49,745 bases of DNA from a virus (IMGVR_UViG_3300027708_000104:1-49745); one strand, 5' to 3'. Numbered from the stretch's first letter, positions 36,525 through 46,601 are shown. Program-made: numbers and translations. Notes: a model not told the origin generated them from the sequence alone.

Positions 36525-37139
36525 ATGAGTTCAACCTCTGCTCCGTTTGGCTTGCGCCCTGCGTTCCACCCTTCTGGTTTGGATCGCGCACAGGCGTTAG
36601 CTGGCGGTATCGTATCTGGCTACGGCACAGATATTCTCAAAGGCGCACCCGTGCGCTACAACAGTACTGCTGGTACATCCGTTGCCGCAGGCACCATCAC
36701 TAATGCGGCCGCAAGCGGCGCATGGTCTGGCGCTTTTGCTGGCGTTGAGTGGACTGACACTACTGGTCGTCGTCGCATAAGTAACTACTGGCCTGCCAGC
36801 ACTACTTACCAAACTGGTTCATGCGTTGCTTATTTCTACAACGACCAAAACATCGTTTATGAAATCCAAACTGATGCAACTATCGCTCAGACATCGCTTG
36901 GCGGCGAATACAACTTCAGCGCAACTACTGGTTTTACCGTTACTTCTGGCTCTACCACTACTGGCTTGTCTTCGACTTGCTTGGGCGTGTCTACTGCCGT
37001 TGCTGATGGTTCTCAAGGTTCAATGCGCGTTGTTGACATTGCTCCCTATGTGGACAATGCGTGGGGTGATTCCTACGTTATTGTTCGTGTCGTTAACGCA
37101 CGTTCACAATACTTCGGTAGCGTGACCGCAATCGTTTAA
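36525..37139 (+). CDS. Capsid decoration / cement protein
   Basis: APFGLRP N-terminus, directly upstream of the MCP. Confidence 0.65.
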   Translation: MSSTSAPFGLRPAFHPSGLDRAQALAGGIVSGYGTDILKGAPVRYNSTAGTSVAAGTITNAAASGAWSGAFAGVEWTDTTGRRRISNYWPASTTYQTGSCVAYFYNDQNIVYEIQTDATIAQTSLGGEYNFSATTGFTVTSGSTTTGLSSTCLGVSTAVADGSQGSMRVVDIAPYVDNAWGDSYVIVRVVNARSQYFGSVTAIV

Positions 37140-37155
37140 TATAAGGAGCTAAATC

Positions 37156-38069
37156 ATGGCCGCACCAATGCGCAGTACGGACTTTAGATCAATCGTTGAA
37201 CCAATTCTCAACGAGTGTTTTGACGGAGTCTATGACCAACGAGCCGACGAGTGGAGCCGAGTGTTCCGCGAAGAAGACGGCATTCCACGTAACTACCACG
37301 AAGAGCCTGTCCTTTATGGATTTGGCGCCGCTCCACAATTGCTGACGGTACTCCAGTTACCTATCAGCAAGGTGGCGTACTCTTCTTGAAGCGCTATGTA
37401 TACAAAGTGTATGGCTTGGCCTTCGCTTTGACCAAAGTGCTTGTTGAAGACGGCGATCACATCCGTATCGGTCAAGTTTATGCACGTCACTTGGCACAAT
37501 CTTTGGTCGAAACCAAAGAATTGTTGTCTGCTAACGTGTTAAACACCGCTTTCAACTCCAGCTATGTTGGTGGCGACGGCGTATCTTTGATCAACACCGC
37601 ACACCCAATCGTGAACGGTACATTCTCTAACCAGTTGGCTACCGCCGCTGTGTTGTCACAGACATCTTTAGAGCAAATGTTGATCCAGATTCGTCAAGCT
37701 GTTGACAACAACGGCAAGAAGATTCGTTTGGTTCCACGTCAATTGATCGTGGCGCCAGGCAACATCTTCCAAGCCGAAGTGTTGTTGAAGTCTGTTCTCC
37801 GTACAGGCAACGCTAACAACGACATCAACCCCGTCAAGTCTATTGGCTTGTTGGATGAGGGCGCCGTAATTCTGTCTCGTTTGACTTCATCTACCGCATG
37901 GTGGGTGCAGACTGACGCTCCAGAAGGCTTCAAGTTGTTGATGCGCCGCCGTCTTGAGAAGACTATGGAAGGTGACTTCGAGACTGACTCTATGCGCTAC
38001 AAAGCGACAGAGCGTTACGATGTTGGCTTTACAGACCCACGTTGTGCTTACGGCACACCTGGCGCCTAA
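37156..38069 (+). CDS. Major capsid protein (304 aa when joined), split by a 1-nt frameshift at about 37342
   Basis: Joined reading: EEPVLYGFGAAPQL[P]DGTPVTYQQGGVLFLKRY...DGVSLINTAHP...GDFETDSMRYKATERY...DPRCAYGTPGA. Confidence 0.85.
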
Positions 38070-38077
38070 AACCAATC

Positions 38078-38110
38078 GGGGGGTGGAATTGAATTCCACT
38101 CCTCTTTTTT
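38078..38110 (+). terminator. Terminator after the MCP, built on palindrome copy 4 (38083-38099)
   Basis: GGGGGTGGAATT-G-AATTCCACTCCT followed by a T run. Confidence 0.75.
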
Positions 38111-38145
38111 AAATTCTGAGTGGTTCAAGCCACAGGGAGAAAAAA

Positions 38146-39387
38146 ATGCCTCAATTTTCGGACGACCTATTCTTAGGTCCAGCCCAGACCTACATGGGTA
38201 CTGGTCAAACTCAAACAGAAGCAGTTGTAACTGGCTCTGTTTCCTCAACAACTATGACTGTGACATCAGTTCTTTCTGGTGATCCTTTAGTTCTTGGCCA
38301 ATATGTAAGTGGTACTGGCGTAACTGCTGGCTCTTACATTACAGCCTTTGGTACTGGTAATGGTGGAGTTGGCACATACACATTAAGTGCTTCTTCGTCT
38401 TCTACTGGTTCTATCACAATTACCGCATCTGGAGATGGTAATTTAAATGATCCATCTCTAATGGATTTAGGCGTTGGCCCATTGGGTCGCGTTTTTATTT
38501 GGGATTTTGTTCCACAAACTTTGCAAGCCGCAAACATTGCCGCATCGCAAACCCCTGCCGCCGCAGGTAACTTAACATTGACCGCAGGTACATCTGCCAA
38601 GTCTTTGGTTCGTACTGACGGTACAACTGTGATTCAATTGAATACTCCTCGTGCATTGCAAGTTGTTACAAGCACAGCCGCCGCTACAACTTTGGCTGGT
38701 GTTGCAATTGCTAACACATCTGGTGGTATTACCTTTACCTCGCAAGCAGGTTTGGTAACTGGTCAGCGTTTGACTATCTCTGGTACTTTAGGTGGTACAG
38801 GTAGCATCACTGGTTACACCACCCCAACGACCTACATCCTGACCGCTGTGACAGCTACTTCTGCAACCCTGACTACTACAGCAGGCGCGGCAGTTGTGAC
38901 CACCGCAGGTACGCCTACAGGCTTGACCTACACTTTGGGCGTTGCTCCTCAGACCGTGACTGTTTCTGGCTACGATTACTACGGCCAGGCAATGACTGAA
39001 GCAATTACTTCTAGCGCTTCTATAAGCACTGCTGTTAATGGCAAGAAGGCGTTTTATCAGATCTCTTCAATTGCTGTTGGTGGTGCTACAGGTACAGCAG
39101 TGACCGTTGGTACAACTGATATTTTTGGTTTACCAGTTCGCTGTTTTGATGCTGGATATGTTGTCAAAGTTGGTTGGAACAATACCTTGTTGCAAAACGC
39201 AGGTACATTTGTTGTCGCTGATATGACCAATCCTGCAACATCTACTACTGGTGATGTGCGTGGAACTTTTACGCCCACATCAGCATCTGATGGTGTAAAG
39301 CGTTTGGTGATGACTATTGCAGTCCCAGCAATTGCTGTTGGCCCCAATGCTACCCGCACTGGTGCTCTTGGTGTTACTCAAGCCTAA
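38146..39387 (+). CDS. Virion structural protein (beta-rich, Thr/Gly/Ala), probable head decoration or fibre
   Basis: Directly after the MCP; [11 protein letters not shown] motif. Confidence 0.6.
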   Translation: MPQFSDDLFLGPAQTYMGTGQTQTEAVVTGSVSSTTMTVTSVLSGDPLVLGQYVSGTGVTAGSYITAFGTGNGGVGTYTLSASSSSTGSITITASGDGNLNDPSLMDLGVGPLGRVFIWDFVPQTLQAANIAASQTPAAAGNLTLTAGTSAKSLVRTDGTTVIQLNTPRALQVVTSTAAATTLAGVAIANTSGGITFTSQAGLVTGQRLTISGTLGGTGSITGYTTPTTYILTAVTATSATLTTTAGAAVVTTAGTPTGLTYTLGVAPQTVTVSGYDYYGQAMTEAITSSASISTAVNGKKAFYQISSIAVGGATGTAVTVGTTDIFGLPVRCFDAGYVVKVGWNNTLLQNAGTFVVADMTNPATSTTGDVRGTFTPTSASDGVKRLVMTIAVPAIAVGPNATRTGALGVTQA

Positions 39388-39400
39388 TCAGGAGGACTAG

Positions 39401-40795
39401 ATGTCTGAATTCAAACCAATGGTCAAAATGATGACCGACGAGCCTTCAGTTATTCTGAAACTCAAAAAAGGCGGCAAAGTCAAGCATGACATGCATGAAG
39501 AGCATCATGGTCACAAAGCCATGAACGCTCCTCACCATGAAAAAGCTGAGCATGGCAAAGCTCCTAAGAAGCCTTCAATCGCTGAGCGCCGTAAAGCTAT
39601 GAATCCTAACTTCATGAAGAAGGGTGGACACATGGCGCACAAGGACATGGGTGGCGCTATGCCAATGCCTGCACCTCAAGCGCCTATGGGCGGTGGAATG
39701 CCTGCAATGCCTGCACCAATGAGCCGTCCTAAAGTAATGGCTATGTCACCACAGCAAAGCATGGCTCGCCGTGCAATGTTGAAGAAGGCTATTACTGGCA
39801 TGAAAAAAGGTGGCGGCATGGAAGCGCACATCGAGAAGTTGGAGAAAGAACTCCATCATCACGAGAATATGCCTATGGGCAAGGCGCACAAGATGCACCA
39901 CAAGGCTGATGGCGGTGCAATTGACAATGTCATGACCAAAACCACCATCAAAGGCAATGTTAAGAAATTTGAAAACACCAAGATGAATAATGGTCAACAT
40001 CATGACAAAAATCATGACACTGGTGCAATCAAAGAAAGCAATGCTGGTGGTTATAAGCATGGTGGACATGCTCACAAAATGCATCACAAATCAACTGGTG
40101 GCGATATTCCTGCTGATACTCACAAAAATAAAAACGTGGGCAAAAGCAAGATGCATGGCACCATTGAAGACAATGAGCATGACTATTTGAACACTGAAAT
40201 GCACAGCGCTAAGCGTGACAAAGCGCACGGCACTGGCGGCATCAAAGAGAAAAACTTTGGTGGCTACAAGATGGGTGGCAATGTAAATTGGGAAAACCGT
40301 CCTGCTAACACTTCCAAGGATAACAAATCTAATCGCACTACTGGTGGCGTTAAAGAAGCCAACGGCGGCGGCTACAAGATGGGTGGTTCCACAAAAAAAG
40401 CCTACGCCACGGGCGGTAATGTAATTGACGATGGCAAGGCAGTAAAAATGCCAAAGCACTTCGTCAGCCGTCCCGTGGCAAACAGCCTGCAATCTGGCAC
40501 CTTTGCTAAGGGTGGCAAGGTTGACTTTTATAGTGACCTTGCAAAGAAGTTACAAAAGAATCCTGAGAAGCCAAATTTACGTCTTATCAAAACCCATACT
40601 GGCCCAAAAGGCCACGTGGCAAAGGTTTACAAAGACCGTGACTATGGCGAATACAGGACTAAGTTCTACTCACCTGAAGGCAAGCATTTAACTGAAGGTG
40701 ATTCCCATACGGATGATTCTGAAGATGCTCACATGACAGCGATGCATGAAGTAAACAAAGGTTACGCCAAGGGTGGCAAAACTAAAAAGTGCTAA
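39401..40795 (+). CDS. Lys/His/Met-rich protein with 12 xGG motifs (putative polyprotein)
   Basis: LKKGG, MKKGG x2, KDMGG, KADGG, YKHGG, KSTGG, YKMGG x2, YATGG, FAKGG, YAKGG. Confidence 0.75.
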   Translation: MSEFKPMVKMMTDEPSVILKLKKGGKVKHDMHEEHHGHKAMNAPHHEKAEHGKAPKKPSIAERRKAMNPNFMKKGGHMAHKDMGGAMPMPAPQAPMGGGMPAMPAPMSRPKVMAMSPQQSMARRAMLKKAITGMKKGGGMEAHIEKLEKELHHHENMPMGKAHKMHHKADGGAIDNVMTKTTIKGNVKKFENTKMNNGQHHDKNHDTGAIKESNAGGYKHGGHAHKMHHKSTGGDIPADTHKNKNVGKSKMHGTIEDNEHDYLNTEMHSAKRDKAHGTGGIKEKNFGGYKMGGNVNWENRPANTSKDNKSNRTTGGVKEANGGGYKMGGSTKKAYATGGNVIDDGKAVKMPKHFVSRPVANSLQSGTFAKGGKVDFYSDLAKKLQKNPEKPNLRLIKTHTGPKGHVAKVYKDRDYGEYRTKFYSPEGKHLTEGDSHTDDSEDAHMTAMHEVNKGYAKGGKTKKC

Positions 40796-40803
40796 ACAAG
40801 GTC

Positions 40804-40828
40804 GGGGGGCTTCGGCCCCCACTTCTTT
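40804..40828 (+). terminator. Terminator with cUUCGg tetraloop
   Basis: GGGGGC-TTCG-GCCCCC then acttcttt. Confidence 0.75.
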
Positions 40829-40839
40829 AAGGAAAAAAC

Positions 40840-41616
40840 ATGGGAACTTATTCTTCTGCGACCCGTCAAGGCGCATTTGAGCCATTTGACTTGCAAGTCA
40901 GCCGTGGCCAAGTAGACGGCCACACATACTTATTTCAGTTTGGCCAAGCGGCTACTGTTACCACCAACCAATCTGTTTGGGCTAATACTGGCGTTTACGC
41001 ATTCCCTGCGGCGGCGACAGTGATGAAAATTTCAAGCGCTAGTGCAAACGACACTGCCGCTGGTACTGGCGCACGCACAGTATTTATATCTGGATTGGAT
41101 GCTAGTTACAACCCAATCTCTGAAACAGTCTCTTTGAGTGGCCAAACAGCCGTCAATACGACTAACAGTTACTTGCGTATCAATGACTTCTATGTGTTGA
41201 CTTGTGGCAGTGGAAACACCGCCGCTGGCATCATTTACGCTGGTACAGGCGCAGTGACGACAGGTGTACCTGCAACCATCTACTCATTGATGCCAGTTGC
41301 TTACAACGCTCAGACACAAGCGATCTACACAGTACCTGCTGGGTACACCGCTTACATCACAAGCTACACATTCACATCCAACAACACAACGGCTAACACC
41401 ATTTGTTCTGGATTCTTGTATGTCTACTTGTATGGAAACAACTTCCCAACGATTGAAGCGTCTGCTCGTTTTAATGCTGGCGGTATTTTTGATAGGCACT
41501 TTGACTGCCCATTGAAGTTCGCAGAGAAGACAGACCTTGATATGCACGTCTCTGCTGGTGCTACTGGCCAAATGACTGGCGAGATGCACATTGTGTTAGT
41601 TAAGAACCCTGATTAA
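40840..41616 (+). CDS. Virion structural protein
   Basis: FDLQVSRGQV...SSASANDTAAGTGARTV...AIYTVPAGYTAY. Confidence 0.6.
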   Translation: MGTYSSATRQGAFEPFDLQVSRGQVDGHTYLFQFGQAATVTTNQSVWANTGVYAFPAAATVMKISSASANDTAAGTGARTVFISGLDASYNPISETVSLSGQTAVNTTNSYLRINDFYVLTCGSGNTAAGIIYAGTGAVTTGVPATIYSLMPVAYNAQTQAIYTVPAGYTAYITSYTFTSNNTTANTICSGFLYVYLYGNNFPTIEASARFNAGGIFDRHFDCPLKFAEKTDLDMHVSAGATGQMTGEMHIVLVKNPD

Positions 41617-41624
41617 GGACGTAT

Positions 41625-42071
41625 ATGCCATTGATCAAATCAAAGTCTGACAAAGCTTTCAAGTCAAACATCAAAGCTGAGATTCACGCAGGCAAGCCCC
41701 AGCGTCAGGCGGTGGCAATTGCATATGCTGTAAAGCGCTCTGCAAAGAAGGCTAGTGGCGGAAGCATGTCTAGCAATCCTCATGATTATGACAGTGATGT
41801 AGACTTTTACGCCGCACAAAATCGCAATAAGTACAACGCAAAGTACCCTAAAGCTACTGTGCGGAGTGCTACACCCACCGAGCATGACATTGAATCTGAT
41901 TTTATGAATCCAGCAGAGCGCAGACTTCGTGCAGAACAATCTCGGATGGCAAAACAAAAGCCAATGAGCCAAGAAGAAAGAACAAACTTCTTAAAAGGCG
42001 TGCGCGAAGGCATGGAGAAAATGCATCAGAAAAAAGCCAAAGGCGGCAAAGTTAAACACCACAACTGGTAA
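41625..42071 (+). CDS. Basic virion-associated protein (MPLIKSKS...QAVAIAY) with xGG-flanked insert
   Basis: KASGG and KAKGG flank a module of about 90 aa. Confidence 0.65.
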   Translation: MPLIKSKSDKAFKSNIKAEIHAGKPQRQAVAIAYAVKRSAKKASGGSMSSNPHDYDSDVDFYAAQNRNKYNAKYPKATVRSATPTEHDIESDFMNPAERRLRAEQSRMAKQKPMSQEERTNFLKGVREGMEKMHQKKAKGGKVKHHNW

Positions 42072-42082
42072 GGAATTAATTT

Positions 42083-43000
42083 ATGGCAATCAATGCACAA
42101 GCACAAGCGGCGGCTCAAGCGGCGGCTCAAGCAAAGGCTCAAGCGGCGGCTCAAGCCCTAGCAAAAAAACAGGCAGATGAAAAAGCAAAAGCTGATGCTT
42201 TGGCAAAACAACAACAACTAAAACAACAAGAACTAGCGCGTCAGCAGTTGTTAAAAGAACAGCAAGCACAAGCCAAAGCGGAGGCAGATGCTAAAGCCAG
42301 AGCGGCGGCTCAAGCAAAGGCTCAAGCGGCGGCAGATGCTAAAGCTAAAGCGGCGGCAGATGCGGCGGCGTATAAGCTTGCACAACAACAAGCACCTATT
42401 AAGCGTCAACAGGATAAATATCTTATTGACTATGCACGCTCTGTTAATCCAAATACAAATTTAAATTTTGATGATTTTTTGCGATATCAACAGTATGCAG
42501 ATTTGCAAGCAAAGACACCGATATCCGCTGGTCAAGTAAGTTTTTCAGATTATTTAAATGGGGTAAGAAATCCCGCTGATCCTCCTCAAAAACTTACTGC
42601 AACGGCAAATCAAAATTTGGAGAGTGATTTTTTTAATAAATACAATCCAACACAGCAAAAACAATATTTAATGCAAGCTTCGAAAGATCCTAAGATTAGT
42701 TCTTTATATAACAATCCATATGATAGAAGTTTAAGAAGTAGTCCAAATTTCAGTTATAACAATCCTAACTTTGATATTGGCATTCCGACAACTTCTGGTC
42801 CCCAATACGGCGGTGGCACTCCTCCAGAATATGCTACAAAAACTCTTCCAGATGCTACAAAAACTCTTCCGACTTACAAAAGGGGTGGCAAGATCAAAGC
42901 CATGCCAATCAAAAAATCGCAAAAGAGCGAAGGCAAAATTGATCTAAATAATTGCAAGGTTTCTACTGCATCCAAAGGCAAGCGCAACAATAACTGGTAA
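42083..43000 (+). CDS. Ala/Gln/Lys-rich protein with YKRGG motif
   Basis: Low-complexity helical N-terminus; 21-bp duplication (ATKTLP x2) near 42831. Confidence 0.6.
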   Translation: MAINAQAQAAAQAAAQAKAQAAAQALAKKQADEKAKADALAKQQQLKQQELARQQLLKEQQAQAKAEADAKARAAAQAKAQAAADAKAKAAADAAAYKLAQQQAPIKRQQDKYLIDYARSVNPNTNLNFDDFLRYQQYADLQAKTPISAGQVSFSDYLNGVRNPADPPQKLTATANQNLESDFFNKYNPTQQKQYLMQASKDPKISSLYNNPYDRSLRSSPNFSYNNPNFDIGIPTTSGPQYGGGTPPEYATKTLPDATKTLPTYKRGGKIKAMPIKKSQKSEGKIDLNNCKVSTASKGKRNNNW

Positions 43001-43005
43001 TTTAT

Positions 43006-43398
43006 ATGTCAAAAAATGGACTTTATGCCAACATTCATGCAAAACAGTTAAGGATAGCGCATGGTTCTGGTGAGCATATGCGTAAAGCTGGAAGCAAAGG
43101 CGCGCCGACTGCACAAGCTTTTAAGGATTCAGCTAAAACTGCAAAGATGAAAAAAGGCGGCGTATCGCTTGCAATTGGCAGAGGTGAAAAACTATCTGCT
43201 GACAAGGGCGCTGGATTGACCGCAAAGGGTCGCGCAAAGTACAATAGCGAAACTGGTTCACACCTTAAAGCTCCACAAGCAAAGGGATCGCGTCATGATT
43301 CATTTTGTGCTCGCATGTCTGGGGTTGTTGAGCACTCAAAGGGTGACGCACCGAGAGCAAAAGCATCATTGAAGCGCTGGCACTGCCCAGGCTGGTAA
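43006..43398 (+). CDS. Basic two-module protein (DUF6321-like C-terminal half)
   Basis: GLYANIHAK...GAPT module, then MKKGG, then GLTAKGRAKYN...SFCARMSG...WHC module. Confidence 0.65.
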   Translation: MSKNGLYANIHAKQLRIAHGSGEHMRKAGSKGAPTAQAFKDSAKTAKMKKGGVSLAIGRGEKLSADKGAGLTAKGRAKYNSETGSHLKAPQAKGSRHDSFCARMSGVVEHSKGDAPRAKASLKRWHCPGW

Positions 43399-43406
43399 GG
43401 CAATAA

Positions 43407-44486
43407 ATGGCAGGCACTACTAGTGGAACCGTTGGTCAGACAATAGTCACCGTTCAAAATTTGATTGACAACGGTGCGCGCCGTGCTGGAAAACTAGCGG
43501 AAGAGCTGACGGTCGAGCAAGTACAAAGTGCGCGTCAGTCGCTATTCTTTGTGCTGAGCAACCTGATCAATCAGGGCGTGCAATACTTTGCCATTAAAAA
43601 GCAAGTCTATGGTTTGCAACCAGACAAGTATGAGTATCTGTTACCTGATGGTGGCGTAGATGTCTTAAATGCGCTCTATAGGTACATGACACAACCGACT
43701 GGTACTTATTCCTCAAGTGCAGGCGGAACAGCGGCTAATGTGGCGGATGACAACACGGCAACCTACTGCCAACAGACATCTGCGAATGGAAACATATCTG
43801 TTAACTATGGCGCAAATAATCCGCAGTACATAGGATCAATTGGTTTGATGCCATATGTCTCTGGCGGTGGTTCTGCAACATGGAGCTACTACTATCAGGC
43901 GTCATCTGATGGAACAAATTGGACAACGCTATACACCGCAACAGCGGTAACAGTGACTGATGGGCAGTGGATATGGCAGGACATAGACCCAGGCGCAAAC
44001 ACTCAGTACTACCGAATTGTTGGATTTGGTGGTACTACTTTGGCTATACGCGAGTGGTACTTAGGCGTCAACTCAACAGAAGTCACGATGGCTCGTTTGA
44101 ATCGTGATGACTACACCAACCTGCCAAACAAGAATTTCACTGCAAATCAGCCATATCAATACTGGTTGAACCGCACGATTCCCAATGCGACTATTACTTT
44201 GTGGCCAACCCCACAGAGCGCTTTCTATCAGATGACCGTCTGGTATTCAAGCCAAATACAAGATGTGGGAGCATTGACCAATTCTTTGGCAATACCAGAT
44301 CGTTGGTTATTGGCTATACAAAACATGCTGGCTCATCAAATGAGTTTGGAGTTGCCAAATGTGCAGTTACAGCGCATTCAGTATTTAGAGATGCAAGCGG
44401 AGAAATATTTCCAAATGGCAGAGGCGGAAGAGAGAGACAAGTCTCCAATTTACTTTGCGCCTAATATCAGTGTTTACACAAGGTAA
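43407..44486 (+). CDS. Head-tail adaptor (P22 gp4 / T7 gp11 position) with discoidin-like insertion
   Basis: SARQSLFFVL, DYTNLPNK, LWPTP and AEAEERD; insertion QASSDGTNWTTL...YYRI. Confidence 0.6.
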   Translation: MAGTTSGTVGQTIVTVQNLIDNGARRAGKLAEELTVEQVQSARQSLFFVLSNLINQGVQYFAIKKQVYGLQPDKYEYLLPDGGVDVLNALYRYMTQPTGTYSSSAGGTAANVADDNTATYCQQTSANGNISVNYGANNPQYIGSIGLMPYVSGGGSATWSYYYQASSDGTNWTTLYTATAVTVTDGQWIWQDIDPGANTQYYRIVGFGGTTLAIREWYLGVNSTEVTMARLNRDDYTNLPNKNFTANQPYQYWLNRTIPNATITLWPTPQSAFYQMTVWYSSQIQDVGALTNSLAIPDRWLLAIQNMLAHQMSLELPNVQLQRIQYLEMQAEKYFQMAEAEERDKSPIYFAPNISVYTR

Positions 44487-44489
44487 GCC

Positions 44490-44792
44490 ATGCCGATGTT
44501 TCTCAATACAGAAGGTAATGCATCTGTAGCGATCTTTGTGTGTGATCGTTGCAAGATGAAGCGCGCAATAGATGAGGCGATGCCTGACCCCAATTTCCCT
44601 GGCCTTCGCGTTTGCCAACAAGGTTGTGCAGATCAAAAAGATCCATATCGATTGCCTGCGCGTAAGACAGAACGTATTGCGCTCAGATTCCCTCGCCCAG
44701 ATCAGCCCCTTACAGAATATGCGGTGGCTTATACGACCTATGGCGGTTATGACAATGGTTCTATCCTGACAGACCCAGGCTTTGGAGATTAA
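44490..44792 (+). CDS. Small Zn-finger virion-module protein
   Basis: CDRC...GLRVCQQGCADQKDP...PRPD. Confidence 0.65.
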   Translation: MPMFLNTEGNASVAIFVCDRCKMKRAIDEAMPDPNFPGLRVCQQGCADQKDPYRLPARKTERIALRFPRPDQPLTEYAVAYTTYGGYDNGSILTDPGFGD

Positions 44793-44795
44793 TTA

Positions 44796-46115
44796 ATGGC
44801 ACAGTCAAGTTACACCCCAATTCAACTGTACTACTCAAGTACAACAACAAATACCCCAACCGCTGGAAATTTGGCTAATGGTGAATTGGCTATTAATATC
44901 ACAGATGGAAAGTTGTTTTATAAAGACAACGCTGGAGTTGTACAGGTTATTGCTACCAAGGCTTCTGCTGGAGGTGTATCTAGTTTTTCTGCTGGAACAA
45001 CAGGATTAACACCCAACAGCGCAACAAGTGGGGCTATTACTCTTGCGGGAACTCTTGCAGTTACAAATGGAGGAACTGGCTTAACTACTCTTGCTACTGG
45101 CTCATTACCTTATGGCGCTGGTACAAGCGCATTTAGTTCATTGGCAATTGGCACTGCTGGACAAGTGTTAACTGTAAATTCAGGTGCTACTGCACCTCAA
45201 TATGTCAATCAGAGCACTTTATCTGTTGGCTCCGCAACAACAGCTACAAATTTGGCTGGCGGATTGGCTGGATCAGTTCCATACAATACTGGTGCAGGCG
45301 CAACAACATTCTTGTCAATTGGCACCGCAGGACAAGTGTTAACAGTCAATAGTGGCGCTACAGCTCCTCAATACGTTGCACAAAGCACCTTGTCAGTAGG
45401 CAAAGCCACAAACATTGCGGGTGGTGCGGCAAACCAAATACATTATCAATCAGCCGCAGACACAACCGCGTTTATAACAGCGCCATCAGTTTCAAGCACA
45501 TTTTTGCAGTGGAATGGAACAACATTTGTGTGGGCGGCGGCAGGCGGCACAACAACAAATGCATTGACAATTGGAACTGGTTTATCTGGAACAAGTTTTA
45601 ATGGTTCTGCCGCAGTTACTATTGCAATAGATAGCACAGTTGCAACGCTTACTGGTTCGCAAACATTAACTAACAAAACATTAACATCTCCAGTAATTAG
45701 CACAATTACAAATACTGGAACATTAACTTTGCCAACCAGCACAGATACTTTGGTTGGAAGAGCCACAACAGATACATTAACTAACAAGCGTATCAACCCA
45801 AGGGTTAGCACCACTACATCCTCTTCATCGGCTGTAACACCTGATATTAGTGCTTATGACCAATACAACTGGACGGCACAAGCGGCAACCCTGACTATCA
45901 ATGCGCCTACTGGAACACCCGTTGATGGCAACAAATTGATATTTAGAATCTTGGATAATGGAACAACACGAACATTGACTTGGGATGCAACTTACACAGT
46001 GATTGGTGTAACATTGCCAACCTCAACAACCGCAAGCAAAACAACTTATGTTGGCTGTATATACAATGCAAACAACACAAGATGGGATGTGATTGCAGTA
46101 GCAACACAGGCATAA
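44796..46115 (+). CDS. Tail fibre protein
   Basis: GELAINITDGKLFYKD N-terminus, IGTAGQVLTVNSG repeats, QTLTNKT repeats, WDVIAV end. Confidence 0.8.
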   Translation: MAQSSYTPIQLYYSSTTTNTPTAGNLANGELAINITDGKLFYKDNAGVVQVIATKASAGGVSSFSAGTTGLTPNSATSGAITLAGTLAVTNGGTGLTTLATGSLPYGAGTSAFSSLAIGTAGQVLTVNSGATAPQYVNQSTLSVGSATTATNLAGGLAGSVPYNTGAGATTFLSIGTAGQVLTVNSGATAPQYVAQSTLSVGKATNIAGGAANQIHYQSAADTTAFITAPSVSSTFLQWNGTTFVWAAAGGTTTNALTIGTGLSGTSFNGSAAVTIAIDSTVATLTGSQTLTNKTLTSPVISTITNTGTLTLPTSTDTLVGRATTDTLTNKRINPRVSTTTSSSSAVTPDISAYDQYNWTAQAATLTINAPTGTPVDGNKLIFRILDNGTTRTLTWDATYTVIGVTLPTSTTASKTTYVGCIYNANNTRWDVIAVATQA

Positions 46116-46116
46116 C

Positions 46117-46434
46117 ATGGCAGATTCAAATCCAGACTTGCTATTACTTTCCGCAGAATATTTTTACTATTATTCTGGCGTACAGTTTACATACTACAAA
46201 GGGAATAAGGGATATGGATTGCCAAAACATGAACATCCATATTCTCATCTTACTGTTGTAACGGCGGGAAGTATTTGCATCAGAAAAGAAAACATTTATA
46301 AAGAATTCAAAGCGGGTGATCATCCTATAAATTTAAAAGAACAAGAATGGCATGAAATTGAAATACTTGAAAATGGTACGACCTTTTTAAATATTATTGG
46401 AGAGACAAAAGATGAAGTTACATTTACTTTATGA
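46117..46434 (+). CDS. Cupin (RmlC-like) protein
   Basis: HEHPYSH...WHEIE metal-binding motifs. Confidence 0.75.
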   Translation: MADSNPDLLLLSAEYFYYYSGVQFTYYKGNKGYGLPKHEHPYSHLTVVTAGSICIRKENIYKEFKAGDHPINLKEQEWHEIEILENGTTFLNIIGETKDEVTFTL

Positions 46435-46600
46435 TGCAACAGGCAATGTTGTTGATTCAATTTTTTGTGAAGAATGGGATGTTGTTCCAAATGGTTTAAC
46501 AAAGCAAGCGGTGCCAGAAGGAAAAATTTGGACTGGGTCTGAACTTATTAATAAAGATATAATTAAACCAACCCAACAAGCTATTATAGAAACAATTTAA
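46412..46600 (+). CDS. Small hypothetical protein (possible fibre assembly factor)
   Basis: MKLHLLYDATGNVVDSI, with GGAG upstream. Confidence 0.45.
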   Translation: MKLHLLYDATGNVVDSIFCEEWDVVPNGLTKQAVPEGKIWTGSELINKDIIKPTQQAIIETI

Positions 46601-46601
46601 T

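Noticed and set aside
37330-37390. Programmed -1 frameshift in the MCP
   Set aside because: No X XXY YYZ slippery site. The shift would have to be near 100% efficient for the most abundant virion protein.
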